From Nitrospirota bacterium (GTDB taxonomy: Bacteria > Nitrospirota > UBA9217), in contig CAWJQQ010000009.1 in assembly GCA_963845065.1 (NCBI GenBank), positions 1,056,001-1,120,000 of the forward strand: 64,000 bases of DNA, written 5' to 3'. Of this stretch, positions 33,329-44,300 are shown in pieces; position 1 is the first letter of the stretch, and each line of letters starts with the position of its first letter. The translations under genes were made by a program, and so were the position numbers. The notes below the pieces were generated by a model that searched no databases, was not told the DNA's origin, and saw only the letters and a list, made by a program, of their open reading frames with translations.

Positions 33329-33365
33329 TAATTGCTGTTTAACAAAGTTATTGTGAGGTGGAGAT

Positions 33366-35282
33366 ATGACTGTTGAGAAAATGGAATTCAAGACCGAAGT
33401 AAAAGAATTGCTGGACCTGATGATCCATTCCTTGTACTCCCACAAGGAAATATTCCTGCGGGAGCTTATTTCGAATGCATCTGATGCCATCGACAAGGCT
33501 CGGTTTGAATCGCTCACGAACAAGGACATTCTGGAGAATTCAGGGGCATGGAAAATAAAGATTATCGTCGATAAGGCCGCTGGCACGCTTACGGTGAGCG
33601 ACAATGGTATCGGTATGACCCGTGATGAGTTGATCGCGGAACTCGGGACGATAGCCCATTCAGGCACCAAGGATTATTTGCGTGCTCTGCAGAGCAAGGA
33701 ACTGAAAGACAAACCGGAGCTCATCGGGCAATTCGGCGTCGGCTTTTATTCTTCGTTCATGGTGTCCGATAAAGTCACGGTTCTTACTCGAAAGGCGATT
33801 GAAAATACAAAAAAGGCTCAGAAATGGGAATCAACGGCAGACGGTTCGTTCATCATCGACGACGCTGAAAAGGATCGGGCGGGGACCGATGTCATTCTTC
33901 ATCTTAAAGCAGACGATAAAAATTACCTGAACGAATGGGAGATCAGGTCCATTATCAGGAAATACTCCGATTACATCGAGCATCCCGTTGTCATGGATGT
34001 TGAACGGGAAAAAGAGGACCCGCAGGACAAAAACAAGAAGATCAAGAGCACTGAAGAAGAGACCATGAATGCTGGCAAAGCCATCTGGCTCAAGGACCCT
34101 TCAGAAGTCAAGACTGAGGAATACAACGAGTTTTACAAGCATATATCCCACGATTTCGGCGATCCCGCGAAAGTGATCCATTATCGCGCTGAGGGGACGT
34201 CGGAGTTTACTGCACTCCTGTACCTACCCGCAAAAGCCCCCTATGGAATCCTGTACCGGGATTATAAGATCGGTCCGACGTTATATGTCAAGCGGGTTCA
34301 GATCATGGACCACTGTGAGCAGCTCATTCCGGAGTACCTTCGCTTTATCAAAGGTGTTGTAGACTCTTCAGACCTTCCGCTAAATATATCGCGCGAGATT
34401 CTGCAGTCCAATAAACACGTCGAAATTATCAAAAAGAACATCACGAAGAAAGTGCTCGATACGCTTTCGGATATGAAAAAGAATGCTTACGATTCATATG
34501 TCGCATTGTATAAGGAATTCGGCAGAGTGTTGAAGGAAGGGATCCACTTCGATTTTTCCCGAAAAGAGCAGATCGCGGATCTGCTGTTGTTCCTTTCTAC
34601 CAAGACGGAAGCGGGGAAATTAACAACCCTGGAAGACTATGTGAAAAACATGCCAATTGCGCAAGGCGAGATTTATTACATTACTGGCAAACCTGAAGAA
34701 AATGTAATGTCGTCGCCCTATCTGGAGGCGTTCCGTGAAAAGGGCTACGAGGTTCTGATCATGACCGATGATATAGACGATATCATTATGTCGTCTCTCC
34801 AGGAATATAAGGGCAAAAAGATCAAGTCGGCCATTAAGGGCGACATCAGACTGGATACTTCCGGCGATACGGAGAAGGAAAAATCCAAAGAGAAATTTGA
34901 GAAACTTCTCGCGATGATTAAAGACCAGTTGAAGGACGATGTAAAGGATGTGCGGTTGTCAGGCAGGCTCAAGGACTCGGCCTGCTGTCTTGTTGCCGAT
35001 GAAGGTGGTCTCGATCCGCAAATGGAAAAGCTCTTGAAATCCATGGGTCAGGACGTACCGTCGGAGAAGCGAATACTGGAGATCAACCCCGGGCACCAGG
35101 TTTTTTCGGCCATGAACGATCTCATCGCCAAAGGCGGCAGGGAAGAAATACTGAAAGAGTATATCAGCATGTTGTATAACCAGGCGCTCTTGCTGGAAGG
35201 TTCTAAGGTCAAAGACCCTTCAGCTTTTGCAAAGACAATGGCCAAGCTCATCCTTGAGAATGCAAAACAACTGATTCTGTAA
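33366..35282 (+). CDS. htpG: Chaperone HtpG (Hsp90)
   Basis: SLYSHKEIFLRELISNASDA, DNGIGM, LGTIAHSGT, IGQFGVGFYS, DLPLNISREILQ. Confidence 0.97.
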   Translation: MTVEKMEFKTEVKELLDLMIHSLYSHKEIFLRELISNASDAIDKARFESLTNKDILENSGAWKIKIIVDKAAGTLTVSDNGIGMTRDELIAELGTIAHSGTKDYLRALQSKELKDKPELIGQFGVGFYSSFMVSDKVTVLTRKAIENTKKAQKWESTADGSFIIDDAEKDRAGTDVILHLKADDKNYLNEWEIRSIIRKYSDYIEHPVVMDVEREKEDPQDKNKKIKSTEEETMNAGKAIWLKDPSEVKTEEYNEFYKHISHDFGDPAKVIHYRAEGTSEFTALLYLPAKAPYGILYRDYKIGPTLYVKRVQIMDHCEQLIPEYLRFIKGVVDSSDLPLNISREILQSNKHVEIIKKNITKKVLDTLSDMKKNAYDSYVALYKEFGRVLKEGIHFDFSRKEQIADLLLFLSTKTEAGKLTTLEDYVKNMPIAQGEIYYITGKPEENVMSSPYLEAFREKGYEVLIMTDDIDDIIMSSLQEYKGKKIKSAIKGDIRLDTSGDTEKEKSKEKFEKLLAMIKDQLKDDVKDVRLSGRLKDSACCLVADEGGLDPQMEKLLKSMGQDVPSEKRILEINPGHQVFSAMNDLIAKGGREEILKEYISMLYNQALLLEGSKVKDPSAFAKTMAKLILENAKQLIL

Positions 35283-35331
35283 GGCCTGAGCATTTGCAGG
35301 TTCATAGATCGACAAAGACAAAAAAGAATAG

Positions 35332-35376
35332 GCACCTCATCGCACGACCCGTTGCTTCAGCATGAGGTGCTTTTTT
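35332..35376 (+). terminator. Putative terminator after htpG
   Basis: GCACCTCAT...ATGAGGTGC stem followed by T6. Confidence 0.6.
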
Positions 35377-35595
35377 ATTGGTCGCGTCATGCTAAGTGCG
35401 AATGGACATCGGAATTCTATCGACCAGCGTTCGTAATGATATTGTTGAACCAAAATGCCAAAGAGCAATCTCTAACGTGGCGCATTCAGGTATTTCCGAT
35501 CATCGTGCTAGCCCGCAATGAACTATGAGCCTTTTATTCAGATTTTTCTTGCCATTACTATGAAATTTGTAGTACTCTCGTCACAGAGCAAACAC

Positions 35596-35941
35596 ATGAA
35601 AACTCGAAAGGAGATTGAAAAATGTGAACATTCTCACCGGAACCGGTTATTCAGCTAGCGGTGCGCGCCATAAGGCGACCTTCACCCTGATCGTGGACGA
35701 TCTCGCAAAAGCGGAAAAGGCTCTCGATAAAATCGGCGCTGATGATATACAAGATTCGTCGGTCATCTCGGTGGAAACGGAAAACAAGATCGGCGCACTG
35801 GAAAGGATATCCAGGATTATTTCCAATGCCGGCATCAATATCTACTATGTCTACTCCACAACAACTTCCGGAAAGACAGCAAGTTGTGTGTTCAAGACGG
35901 CCGACGACAAACAGGCGATCAAAGTACTGCATAAGGCCTAA
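35596..35941 (+). pseudogene. Tandem ACT-domain protein, probably N-terminally deleted
   Basis: ENKIGALERISRIISNAGINIYYVY is a complete second ACT repeat; the first repeat begins mid-domain. ATG 35596 (MKTRKEI) is out of frame with the 35615-35941 ORF. Confidence 0.55.
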
Positions 35942-36445
35942 GTGACACGACATACGGGAAAGCCAGTCTTATATATCTACGTACTCTCACTACTAAAGCA
36001 AGTGGGGTTCTCGCGTGGGGTTCCTAACCAGTGGCTGGTGAGCAACTCTTGCGCTCACAATTGTTTTATAACTTAGCTGATTAATCGGGTTTATTATGTG
36101 AAACCCGAATAATCAACTGTGAAACTTCCTTTGCTGTTTTTCTTTTATACTCCTCCGCGCCGTCCTATAGTTATGTATGTTTAATTGCTCGAATATAGTT
36201 TTTAACACTTTCATGCGTTATGTATCTCCTACCCAGGGTGAGCTATAATAAAAATAGCTATGTTATTAAACTTAAAAGATTAAGAAACCTGAAGTCCTTA
36301 ACGGGAAAGGAAAGTTGAAATGTTAAAGGGTGGAACTATTCAAACAGTAGTTTTCACCCTTTTGCCATCCTTTTTCCATATATCCTTTAGCTTTTTTAAC
36401 ACAATTACATTCTGATAGTTCGGTAACCTTCACAAGGAATATACG

Positions 36446-37510
36446 ATGAGCCGGTTATTTTCTGCCTTTAAATTACGTGAGTTGACTTTTCGGAACCGCA
36501 TATTTATGTCTCCCATGTGCCAGTATTCGAGCAACGATGGCCTTCCATCTGACTGGCACCTTGTCCATCTGGGAAGCCGCGCTATCGGTGGCGCGGGGAT
36601 GGTAATGGTCGAGGCTACGGCAGTGAGCCCCGAGGGCCGGATAAGTCCTAATGACAGCGGTATCTGGAGCGACGTTCATGCCTTGGCATTTACCCCCATT
36701 GTAAGATTTCTCCGCGAACAGGGCGCTGTTGCGGGAATCCAGCTTGCCCATGCAGGACGCAAGGCTTCAACGGACCGACCTTGGCTGGGAGGAGATCCGA
36801 TGGGACCGGAGAAGCGTGGATGGCAACCAATCGCTCCGAGCCCACTACCTTTTACACCTAACCACCCCATGCCTCGTGAGGCAACGACAGCAGACTTGGA
36901 TGAGATTTGCACTCAATTTATAGATGCAGGCAAGAGGGCAAAGGTTGCAGGCTTTCAGACCATTGAGATTCACATGGCGCACGGTTATTTGCTGCACGAG
37001 TTCCTTTCGCCACTCACCAATCATAGGACGGATGAGTATGGGGGGATTCTGGAAAATCGCATGCGGTTTCCCTTAAGAGTCGCCAGCGCGGTGCGGGAAA
37101 TCTGGCCCTCGGACTTGCCGGTTTTCGTGCGAATATCGGCTACTGACTGGGCAGATGGGGGCTGGGACTTGTCACAGTCCGTGGTACTTTGCCGAAAGCT
37201 AAAGGATATCGGCATCGATCTTATCGACTGTTCGAGTGGCGGCTTAGTGCCACAAGCTGTCGTTCCTACTGGGCCTGGATATCAGACGCCTTTTGCAACA
37301 TCAATCCGAAAAGAAGTTGGGATTGCTACAGGTACGGTTGGCTTCATCACCGAACCTGTCCAAGCTGAGCAAATCATTGCCACGGGTCTTGCCGACGTAG
37401 TAATCCTTGCGCGTGAACTGCTTCGCAATCCCTACTGGCCTATGCAGGCGGCGAAGGCCTTGCAGGTAGATCTTTCCTGGCCGGTCCAGTATTTACGTGC
37501 TAAGAGTTAG
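36446..37510 (+). CDS. NADH:flavin oxidoreductase (Old Yellow Enzyme, YqjM/NamA class)
   Basis: NRIFMSPMCQYS, IQLAHAGRKAS, IHMAHGYLLHEFLSP, RELLRNPYWP, WPVQYLRA. Confidence 0.93.
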   Translation: MSRLFSAFKLRELTFRNRIFMSPMCQYSSNDGLPSDWHLVHLGSRAIGGAGMVMVEATAVSPEGRISPNDSGIWSDVHALAFTPIVRFLREQGAVAGIQLAHAGRKASTDRPWLGGDPMGPEKRGWQPIAPSPLPFTPNHPMPREATTADLDEICTQFIDAGKRAKVAGFQTIEIHMAHGYLLHEFLSPLTNHRTDEYGGILENRMRFPLRVASAVREIWPSDLPVFVRISATDWADGGWDLSQSVVLCRKLKDIGIDLIDCSSGGLVPQAVVPTGPGYQTPFATSIRKEVGIATGTVGFITEPVQAEQIIATGLADVVILARELLRNPYWPMQAAKALQVDLSWPVQYLRAKS

Positions 37511-37776
37511 GAAAATAACACGAGAATTCCAACTGCTTTAGCAGTGGGCGCGTATCAATGGTATTTATATAAGACTATCGAGGAATGAGTATGATTGTTT
37601 TAATAGTTGTATTACAAACTGAACGATTGATTAATTACTGGCACTTCCGATGGTCGCCACTGTCGGTTAGTAGGTTCGGAGCTATTGACCAAAAGCCTTT
37701 CAACTCCGCAAGCCCCTGGCTTTAGACATGGGGATAGGAGTTGTGTTATACAGCTTTTTGCTGTATAATATGCTGT

Positions 37777-38181
37777 ATGATTGATATAAAGACGTATAAG
37801 TCCAATAATAATGTAGTTTACAGCTGTAAATATCATGTTGTGTGGTGTCCTAAGTACCGAAAGAGCGTGTTGACCGGCAGTATCGCCGGACGGTTGAAAG
37901 CAATTATCAGGGATGTGGTTTCCGAGAGAAAATCTGAAATTATTGAGATGGAGATAATGCCGGATCACGTACATTTACTGGTAGAGGTTGGTCCGCAGTA
38001 TGGCATTCATCGTCTAGTCAAACAGATAAAGGGCAGAAGCTCCAAACTGCTTCGTTCAGAATTCAAGGTTCTCCGGACCCGGATTCCAACACTTTGGACC
38101 AACAGCTACTTTGTTTCTACCGTTGGTGGGGCGCCGTTGGCAGTTATCAAACAGTATATTGAACACCAGAAAGTTGTTTAA
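37777..38181 (+). CDS. tnpA: IS200-type Y1 (HUH) transposase
   Basis: YHVVWCPKYRK, MPDHVHLL (HUH), KQIKGRSS, LWTNSYFVSTVG, KQYIEHQ; start set 7 nt after TATAAT (37764-37769). Confidence 0.95.
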   Translation: MIDIKTYKSNNNVVYSCKYHVVWCPKYRKSVLTGSIAGRLKAIIRDVVSERKSEIIEMEIMPDHVHLLVEVGPQYGIHRLVKQIKGRSSKLLRSEFKVLRTRIPTLWTNSYFVSTVGGAPLAVIKQYIEHQKVV

Positions 38182-38193
38182 TCAGGGAGTTGT

Positions 38194-39711
38194 ATGGAGA
38201 AGAAAACAACACCATCGTTTATCCATGAATTGTCTCTTCTGGTCAGTACATCTCAGGAGAGGATACTCCTCATGCGCATGGACGTGGCCCGGCAACTTTA
38301 CAATGCCTGTCTCGGCGAATCTCTCAAACGCCTGGATCTCATGCGGGAATCCAAGCAATATCAAAAGGCACGCATTATACCCTATAAGGATAAGGGATTG
38401 CGTTCCAATGCATTTAAGGCTGTGAATGAGAAGTTCGGTTTTTCAGCATACAGCTTGCACAAGTATGCTGGCGCGGCAAAGAACGCCTGCCACATCGGTG
38501 ATCACCTGGATGTTCATACTGTCCAGAAAATCGCCACCCGAGCGTTTGATGCTGTCCAAAAATATGCGTTCAATAAAAGAGGCAGACCAAGGTTCAAAGG
38601 CAAGCATCAACTCTTAAGTTTTGAATCCAAGAGCAACGCCGCTGGCATACGTTTCCGCACAGACGAAAAGCAAAGCCGTATCGAGTGGATTGGTCTTGAA
38701 CTGCCCTGCTTATTCGACAAAAAAGACAAGCATGGCGTGCAGGCCCACGCCCTTTCCTGTAGGACAAAATATGTAAGGCTGGTCTGCAGGCGGATGCGCA
38801 GTAAAAACTACTTCTACGCCCAGCTAGTGCAGGAAGGGCTGCCGAAGCAGAAAACCAAAAACATCATCTCTGATGGTACAATCGCCCTGGATCTCGGCCC
38901 GTCTACGTATGCTATTTATACTCATGGCTACGCCGATCTTCAGCAGTTTTGTAAAGAGCTGGAACCGCTCGAAAAGACCATTAAACGATTGCAACGGGCG
39001 CTCGATCGGTCACGAAGGGCCACAAACTCTGGGAATTATAACGCCGATGGCACAGTTAAAAAGGGTGCCAAGACCTGGACCAATTCAAAGAACTATCAGA
39101 CGATACGGACCGCAGTATCAGAACTTCACCGGAAACAAGCCGCGCAGAGAAAATCTCTTCATGGCAAGCTAACCAATGAAGTTTTAACACTGGGAAATCA
39201 CATTAATATTGAAACACTAAGCTACAAATCATTGCAGCGTAATTTTGGTAAAAGCGTGGGCTTAAGGGCACCGGGAACCTTTGTATCAATGCTTTCTCGC
39301 AAGGCTGAGAGTGCCGGCGGAAAAGTGATTGAACTCCCGACTCGAAAACTCAGGCTGTCTCAAACCTGCCATTGCGGAACAGTAAAGAAAAAACCGCTCT
39401 CGCAGCGGCAACATATATGTGAATGCGGAGTAGCAGCCCAACGGGACCTCTATTCCGCATATCTTGCGTATCACGTTCAAGATGGTGTTCTCGATACAGC
39501 TGAGGCAAGTAGATACTGGCCGGGTGCGGAACCGCTCCTTAAACAGGCGGTATCGAGATTGCAGCAACAATCTGCGAATGCGAGGAGTGCTTTTCCTCAC
39601 AGCTTCGGTCTCAAACAACGTACTTGTTTGGGCCGGAGCCAGAGCGGATCGCCTGTGAAAGAAGACCATGCCAAGATCGATGTCCGGGAAGTTGTAGCTG
39701 CTGGCATTTAA
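38194..39711 (+). CDS. tnpB: RNA-guided endonuclease TnpB
   Basis: 505 aa; LYNACLGE, GRPRFK, RuvC IALDLGP / INIETL / QRDLYSA, zinc finger SQTCHCG...CECG. Confidence 0.93.
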   Translation: MEKKTTPSFIHELSLLVSTSQERILLMRMDVARQLYNACLGESLKRLDLMRESKQYQKARIIPYKDKGLRSNAFKAVNEKFGFSAYSLHKYAGAAKNACHIGDHLDVHTVQKIATRAFDAVQKYAFNKRGRPRFKGKHQLLSFESKSNAAGIRFRTDEKQSRIEWIGLELPCLFDKKDKHGVQAHALSCRTKYVRLVCRRMRSKNYFYAQLVQEGLPKQKTKNIISDGTIALDLGPSTYAIYTHGYADLQQFCKELEPLEKTIKRLQRALDRSRRATNSGNYNADGTVKKGAKTWTNSKNYQTIRTAVSELHRKQAAQRKSLHGKLTNEVLTLGNHINIETLSYKSLQRNFGKSVGLRAPGTFVSMLSRKAESAGGKVIELPTRKLRLSQTCHCGTVKKKPLSQRQHICECGVAAQRDLYSAYLAYHVQDGVLDTAEASRYWPGAEPLLKQAVSRLQQQSANARSAFPHSFGLKQRTCLGRSQSGSPVKEDHAKIDVREVVAAGI

Positions 39712-40030
39712 GGTAGTGAAAGGTTGTAGCGGCTGGCCTTTGCAGTCGTGAGAGCCCGGAAGAGTAATTGGATAAGGTTTTCAGAACCCCCTGGCTTCAG
39801 CCATGGGGAGGTTCAGGAGTAAAAAATGAAGCGAAGGCATGAATAAAACAAATACTATAAAGTGGGTCCTTTGTTCAACATTATTATAGGGAGTGTGAAT
39901 GGTCTCAATACGGTTATCATCGTAGTGGTGTTACTTTGTCTCTGTGCGTTGTACGTACTCTGTCGGGAAATACTTGGCATGTGTGCAGAGATTATATACT
40001 TCAAATTTGTAAATTATTTCAAAGGAGTTC

Positions 40031-40357
40031 ATGATGTTCAATAGAGGTGATGCCGCAGGTTACAAAGAACCCGTGGAAAAAATAAAGATGAAGACATTGG
40101 TATATGGTGAGAGAATGCTACTAACTGAGTTCAAGCTCGGGAAAGGGGCAATCTTACCGAGGCACAGCCATCTCCATGAGCAAACAGGCTACCTAGTTTC
40201 AGGCAGGATAGACCTGACGATAGGCAATGTAACTTATCAGGTCTTACCAGGCGATAGCTGGTGTATACCGGGCAATGTTAACCATCATGCCCATGCACAT
40301 GAATACTCTACTGCAATAGAAGTTTTCTCTCCGGTGAGAGAAGACTATCTCCCGTAG
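40031..40357 (+). CDS. Cupin domain protein
   Basis: PRHSHLHEQTGYLVSG and PGDSWCIPGNVNH cupin motifs; EVFSPVREDYL C-terminus. Confidence 0.88.
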   Translation: MMFNRGDAAGYKEPVEKIKMKTLVYGERMLLTEFKLGKGAILPRHSHLHEQTGYLVSGRIDLTIGNVTYQVLPGDSWCIPGNVNHHAHAHEYSTAIEVFSPVREDYLP

Positions 40358-40491
40358 TGGGGCCATCGGCAGCATCCAATCCGATTTTAACATATAACGG
40401 TTGATTCCGCAGAGGGGCAGGGTTGATGAATCGATAACTTGTTGCATCATGTAGGATGCACAGCGGAGTCTGCAGTGGGTATCTTGTTTAT

Positions 40492-40538
40492 CTCAATGCG
40501 CCGTAAGACTCCGGCCGTGAGGCCGGGGAGGATGTCAA
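40492..40538 (+). mobile_element. 47-bp left-end/right-end fusion remnant of the 4789-6279 element
   Basis: TTTAT|CTCAATGCGCCGTAAGACTCCGGCCGTGAGGCCGGGGAGGATGTCAA; the 5' part matches 4789 onward and the 3' part matches 6256-6279. Confidence 0.92.
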
Positions 40539-41062
40539 ACAAAGCGCATTCCCAGGAAACGAGGCAAAATATTCCATTGCACGGGCGGAAATAAACGTTG
40601 CGATTATCATATTAAGTTTCGCGGACTTTTACAAAAACGGGTAGTCGATTTCAGCTTTTAATGTTTCTAATTCATGTGTAACTGGTTGGAGCACCACGAT
40701 GAACAGCATCAGAAAGATTACGGGGTAAATCTTATAGAAGATCTCCAGCACATTTAGGAAAAAGTCATCGTCGTTTTTCTCAAAGAGGGTAGGGGGAAGT
40801 ATCGATATATAAAATTCAGCGACTCCTATGCTTTCATAACAATAAATGCTATGACTACGGAACATGTGGGAAATCGAAGACGTCATTTAATATGGGTGAC
40901 ACAAAGGCACTACAATGCAACCTGTATCATTCGTCATCACAGAAAATAGAATATAGCGTTTTGCACCTGCAAGCTCTCACTGACATCACAATTTTGCGAC
41001 GGTGCTCACATGAAGCTTTGATCTTTTGCATGTTGTTTTGCTAGTGAAACAATCTACTCTTT

Positions 41063-41228
41063 TTTTAGGAACATTATCAACGCTATGCAAAGTCGACTTG
41101 TCCTAATTCTCGGATTCCTCGATTGGCTGTACCTACGCACAGCCGGTGATGACGAAACCGGGATTTAAAACCAGTTGCTCCCCATCCTCAAACCCTGACT
41201 GATTCGGACCGTCTTTCAGTAACTGTCC
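41063..41228 (-). repeat. Inverted, diverged copy of the MFP 3' end and downstream flank (46008-46173)
   Basis: Reverse complement ...CAACTGGTTTTAAATCCCGGTTTCG...GAATTAGGACAAG...TGATAATGTTCCTAAA aligns with ...CGACTGGTTTTGAATCCCGGTTTCG...GAATTAGGACGAG...TGATAATGTTCCTAAA. Confidence 0.85.
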
Positions 41229-41306
41229 ACTATTAAGAGTAAGTAGTTGCAAAACTGAATTGTATCATGCCTTCTGAAGGACTACCAAGAGGCCATGTAA
41301 TTTTAC

Positions 41307-41335
41307 TTGACAGAACTATGAGGTACGATTATAAA
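41307..41335 (+). promoter_or_regulatory. Putative sigma70 promoter of the second RND locus
   Basis: TTGACA-17 bp-TATAAA. Confidence 0.6.
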
Positions 41336-41395
41336 ATAGATTAATTGCTGACATTGTTATCTTGAACAAGCAATTTTCAATAAGGTTTTCTGTAT

Positions 41396-44300
41396 ATGTG
41401 GATAGTACGATGGGCTTTGCGGCGGCCCTATACAGTTGCCGTGATGGCTTTATTGCTCATCGTGCTCGGTGCGCTTTCTGTGAGCGGGATGATCGTAGAT
41501 ATATTTCCTGCCATCGATATTCCCGTGGTCGTAGTCGTCTGGAATTACCCCGGACTCTCGCCTGAGGACATGGAGCGCCGTGTGGTGCTCATCAGTGAGC
41601 GGGCCTATTCGACTACCGTAAACGGAATCCAGCGAATAGAATCACAGTCAATCCCGGGCGTAGGGGTGTTGAAGATCTACTTCCAGCCGGGAAGCGACAT
41701 CGGCGCTGCGATAGCCCAGATATCGTCGGTCTCATTCACGGTCCTGAGAAGCGTACCGCCGGGTATGCAACCGCCCATTATCGTCCAGTTCAATGCCACC
41801 AACGTTCCTGTTGCACAGCTCACTATTTCGAGCAAAACCATCTCTGAGGAAAAACTCTTCGATTACGGCCTCAACTTCATCCGCGTTCAGCTGTTTACCA
41901 TTCCGGGACTCTCGACACCTGCGCCCTTTGGCGGGAAGACCCGCCAGATCATGATCAATGTGAATCCGGACGCCCTAGCAGGGCGCGGGCTTTCTCCAGC
42001 GGATGTTGTGAGCGCACTCCAGTCATCCAATTCGATCATTCCTGCAGGAACGGCCCGCATCGGCAGTACGGAATACAATGTCATGCTGAATTCCAGCCCG
42101 AAAATCCTCGATCAATTCAAGAACATCCCGATCAAGATCGTGGGCAATGCACCGGTTTATATGGGCGACGTGGCAACGGTGTCAGACAGCTTCGCCGTGC
42201 AGACCAATATCGTGCGGGTGAATGGACGGCGGGCCACTTACCTCATGATTCTGAAGCATGCCGATGCCTCGACGCTGGCCGTCGTTGACACCACGCGTGC
42301 CATGCTTCCGCAGATCCGGAAGGCGGCTCCCCAGGGCATGGAGCTCAATATCGATTTCGACCAGTCCGTCTTCGTCCGAGGCGCGATCGAGAGTGTTGTG
42401 CGCGAGGCGATTTTGTCTTCGATCCTCGTGTCGTTCATGATCCTGATCTTCCTCGGTTCCTGGCGCAGCATGGTGGTTGTGTCGACGTCTATTCCGCTTT
42501 CGATCTTAGCGTCGATCATCTATCTGAACCTCGCAGGTGACAGCATCAACATCATGACCCTAGGAGGGCTGGCCTTGGCGATCGGCATGCTCGTTGATGA
42601 TGCCACCGTTGCCGTGGAGAATATCCACCGGAACCGCGCCTTTGGCAAACCACTTACAGTCGCGGTTGTGGATGGTTCAGCCCAGATTGCGGTGCCAGCA
42701 ATCGTGTCCACGCTTGCCATCTGCGTGGTCTTCTTCCCCGTGGTACTGCTCTACGGTGCGGCAAAATATCTCTTCACCCCTCTTGCTCTGGCTGTGGTGA
42801 CGTCGATGCTTGCTTCCTACGTTCTATCGAGGACACTCGTTCCCGTCCTCTCACGTATGCTCATGAAGGGCGAGCACAGCGAGACCGGGATCATAAACGA
42901 GGAGCTTCTTTCTCGCTTCCAGCGGATCACACTCACCCTAAACCGCTGGAGGGATCGCACGTATATTGATTTGCAGCAGGCCTACGGTCGAGCGCTTGTG
43001 ACAATCCTCCATCACCGCATCTTCACATTGAGCATTGCTGGCATACTGATTACTATCAGTATCGCACTCGTCTTCGTCATCGGGATGGACTTTTTCCCTT
43101 CGGTGGACGCGGGTCTTATGAAATTGCATTTCCGTGCACCCATTGGCACCCGTATCGAAGAGACAGAACGGATGGTTGACCAGGTGGAGCAGAGTATCCG
43201 GAAGGTCATCCCGTCCCAGGAGATCGAAACCATCAATGATATGATAGGAGTACCGATTTTTTATAATCTCGCGTTCGTCCAGACCGATAATATTAGCGGT
43301 ATGGACGCGGAGATACTGATCTCGCTCAAACCGGGGCATCGGCCTACGGCATATTACCAGAAGAAATTGCGCGATACGCTGCCCCGGTCCTTTCCTGGCT
43401 CGCGCTTCTATTTTCAGGCTGCAGATATCGTGACCCAAGTTTTGAACTTCGGTCACACCTCACCGCTCGATGTCCAGATCGAGGGCGCCGATCTCAATCG
43501 TTCTTACGAGTATGCCCTCAAGATGAGCGATGCCCTGCGCGTGATCCCGGGCACGGCTGATGTACACATTAAGCAGGTGCTGGATTACCCAGCCCTGCAG
43601 GTGGATGTGGATCGGACGCGCGCTGCGTCGCTCGGTATGAGCGAGAGCGACGTGGCGAATAATGCCCTCGTCTCGCTCTCGTCGAGTATTCTCGTTGCGC
43701 CGTCTTTTTTCCTCAACCCCGCAAACAACGTGAACTACACGGTCGCAGTCCAGATCCCCCCGCGACGCATCGATAACCTAAATAGTATCCGCTCAATGCC
43801 ACTCTCGCCTCCATCAGCAGGCTCCCTTCTGCAACAGCTCGCGCTTCCCTTGCCGTCGGCTACTCCCAAAGCACCGACACAGACCCTGGCGAACCTATCG
43901 ACGATCTACCACGCGGTGAGTTTCGAAAACATCTCGCACTACACCGTCCAGCGGGTCCTCGATGTGGAGGCCAACGTGGAAGGGCGCGATCTGGGCTCTG
44001 TTGCCGCTGATATCGAAAAGAGCATCGCTGAGATTAAGCCTCTACCTGCTGGAACGCAGATCACCCTACGTGGCCAAAATGAGATCATGAATCAGTCATT
44101 CAGGAGCTTGGCTCTGGGACTAATTCTTGCTATTCTGCTCGTCTATTTTCTGATGGTCGTGCTCTTTCAATCCTGGCTCGATCCGTTCATCATCTTAATG
44201 GCGGTTCCCGGAGCGCTGATTGGGATTCTCTGGATGCTTGCTCTGACTGGCACGACTATCAACGTGGAATCCCTTATGGGATCGATCATGGCCGTGGGCA

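Larger units (their letters stand above)
37690..39816 (+). mobile_element. Complete IS200/IS605-family element (tnpA-tnpB)
   Basis: TTGAC at 37685-37689; left hairpin CCCCTGGCTTTAGACATGGGG; right hairpin CCCCTGGCTTCAGCCATGGGG; terminal TCAG (39813-39816). Confidence 0.9.

Noticed and set aside
36075..36118. 18-bp imperfect hairpin with GTGAAACCC, loosely echoed at about 26565-26600
   Set aside because: Only two weakly similar copies and no assignable function
40390..40450. Possible integron attC (ATAAC...GTT)
   Set aside because: No proper R/L box symmetry, no cassette array and no integrase
40629..40886. 85-aa minus-strand ORF
   Set aside because: AT-rich, no motif or clear RBS; cannot be supported as a gene
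41130..41230. Possible cobalamin riboswitch
   Set aside because: Lacks the conserved core, and is explained as an inverted copy of the MFP 3' end
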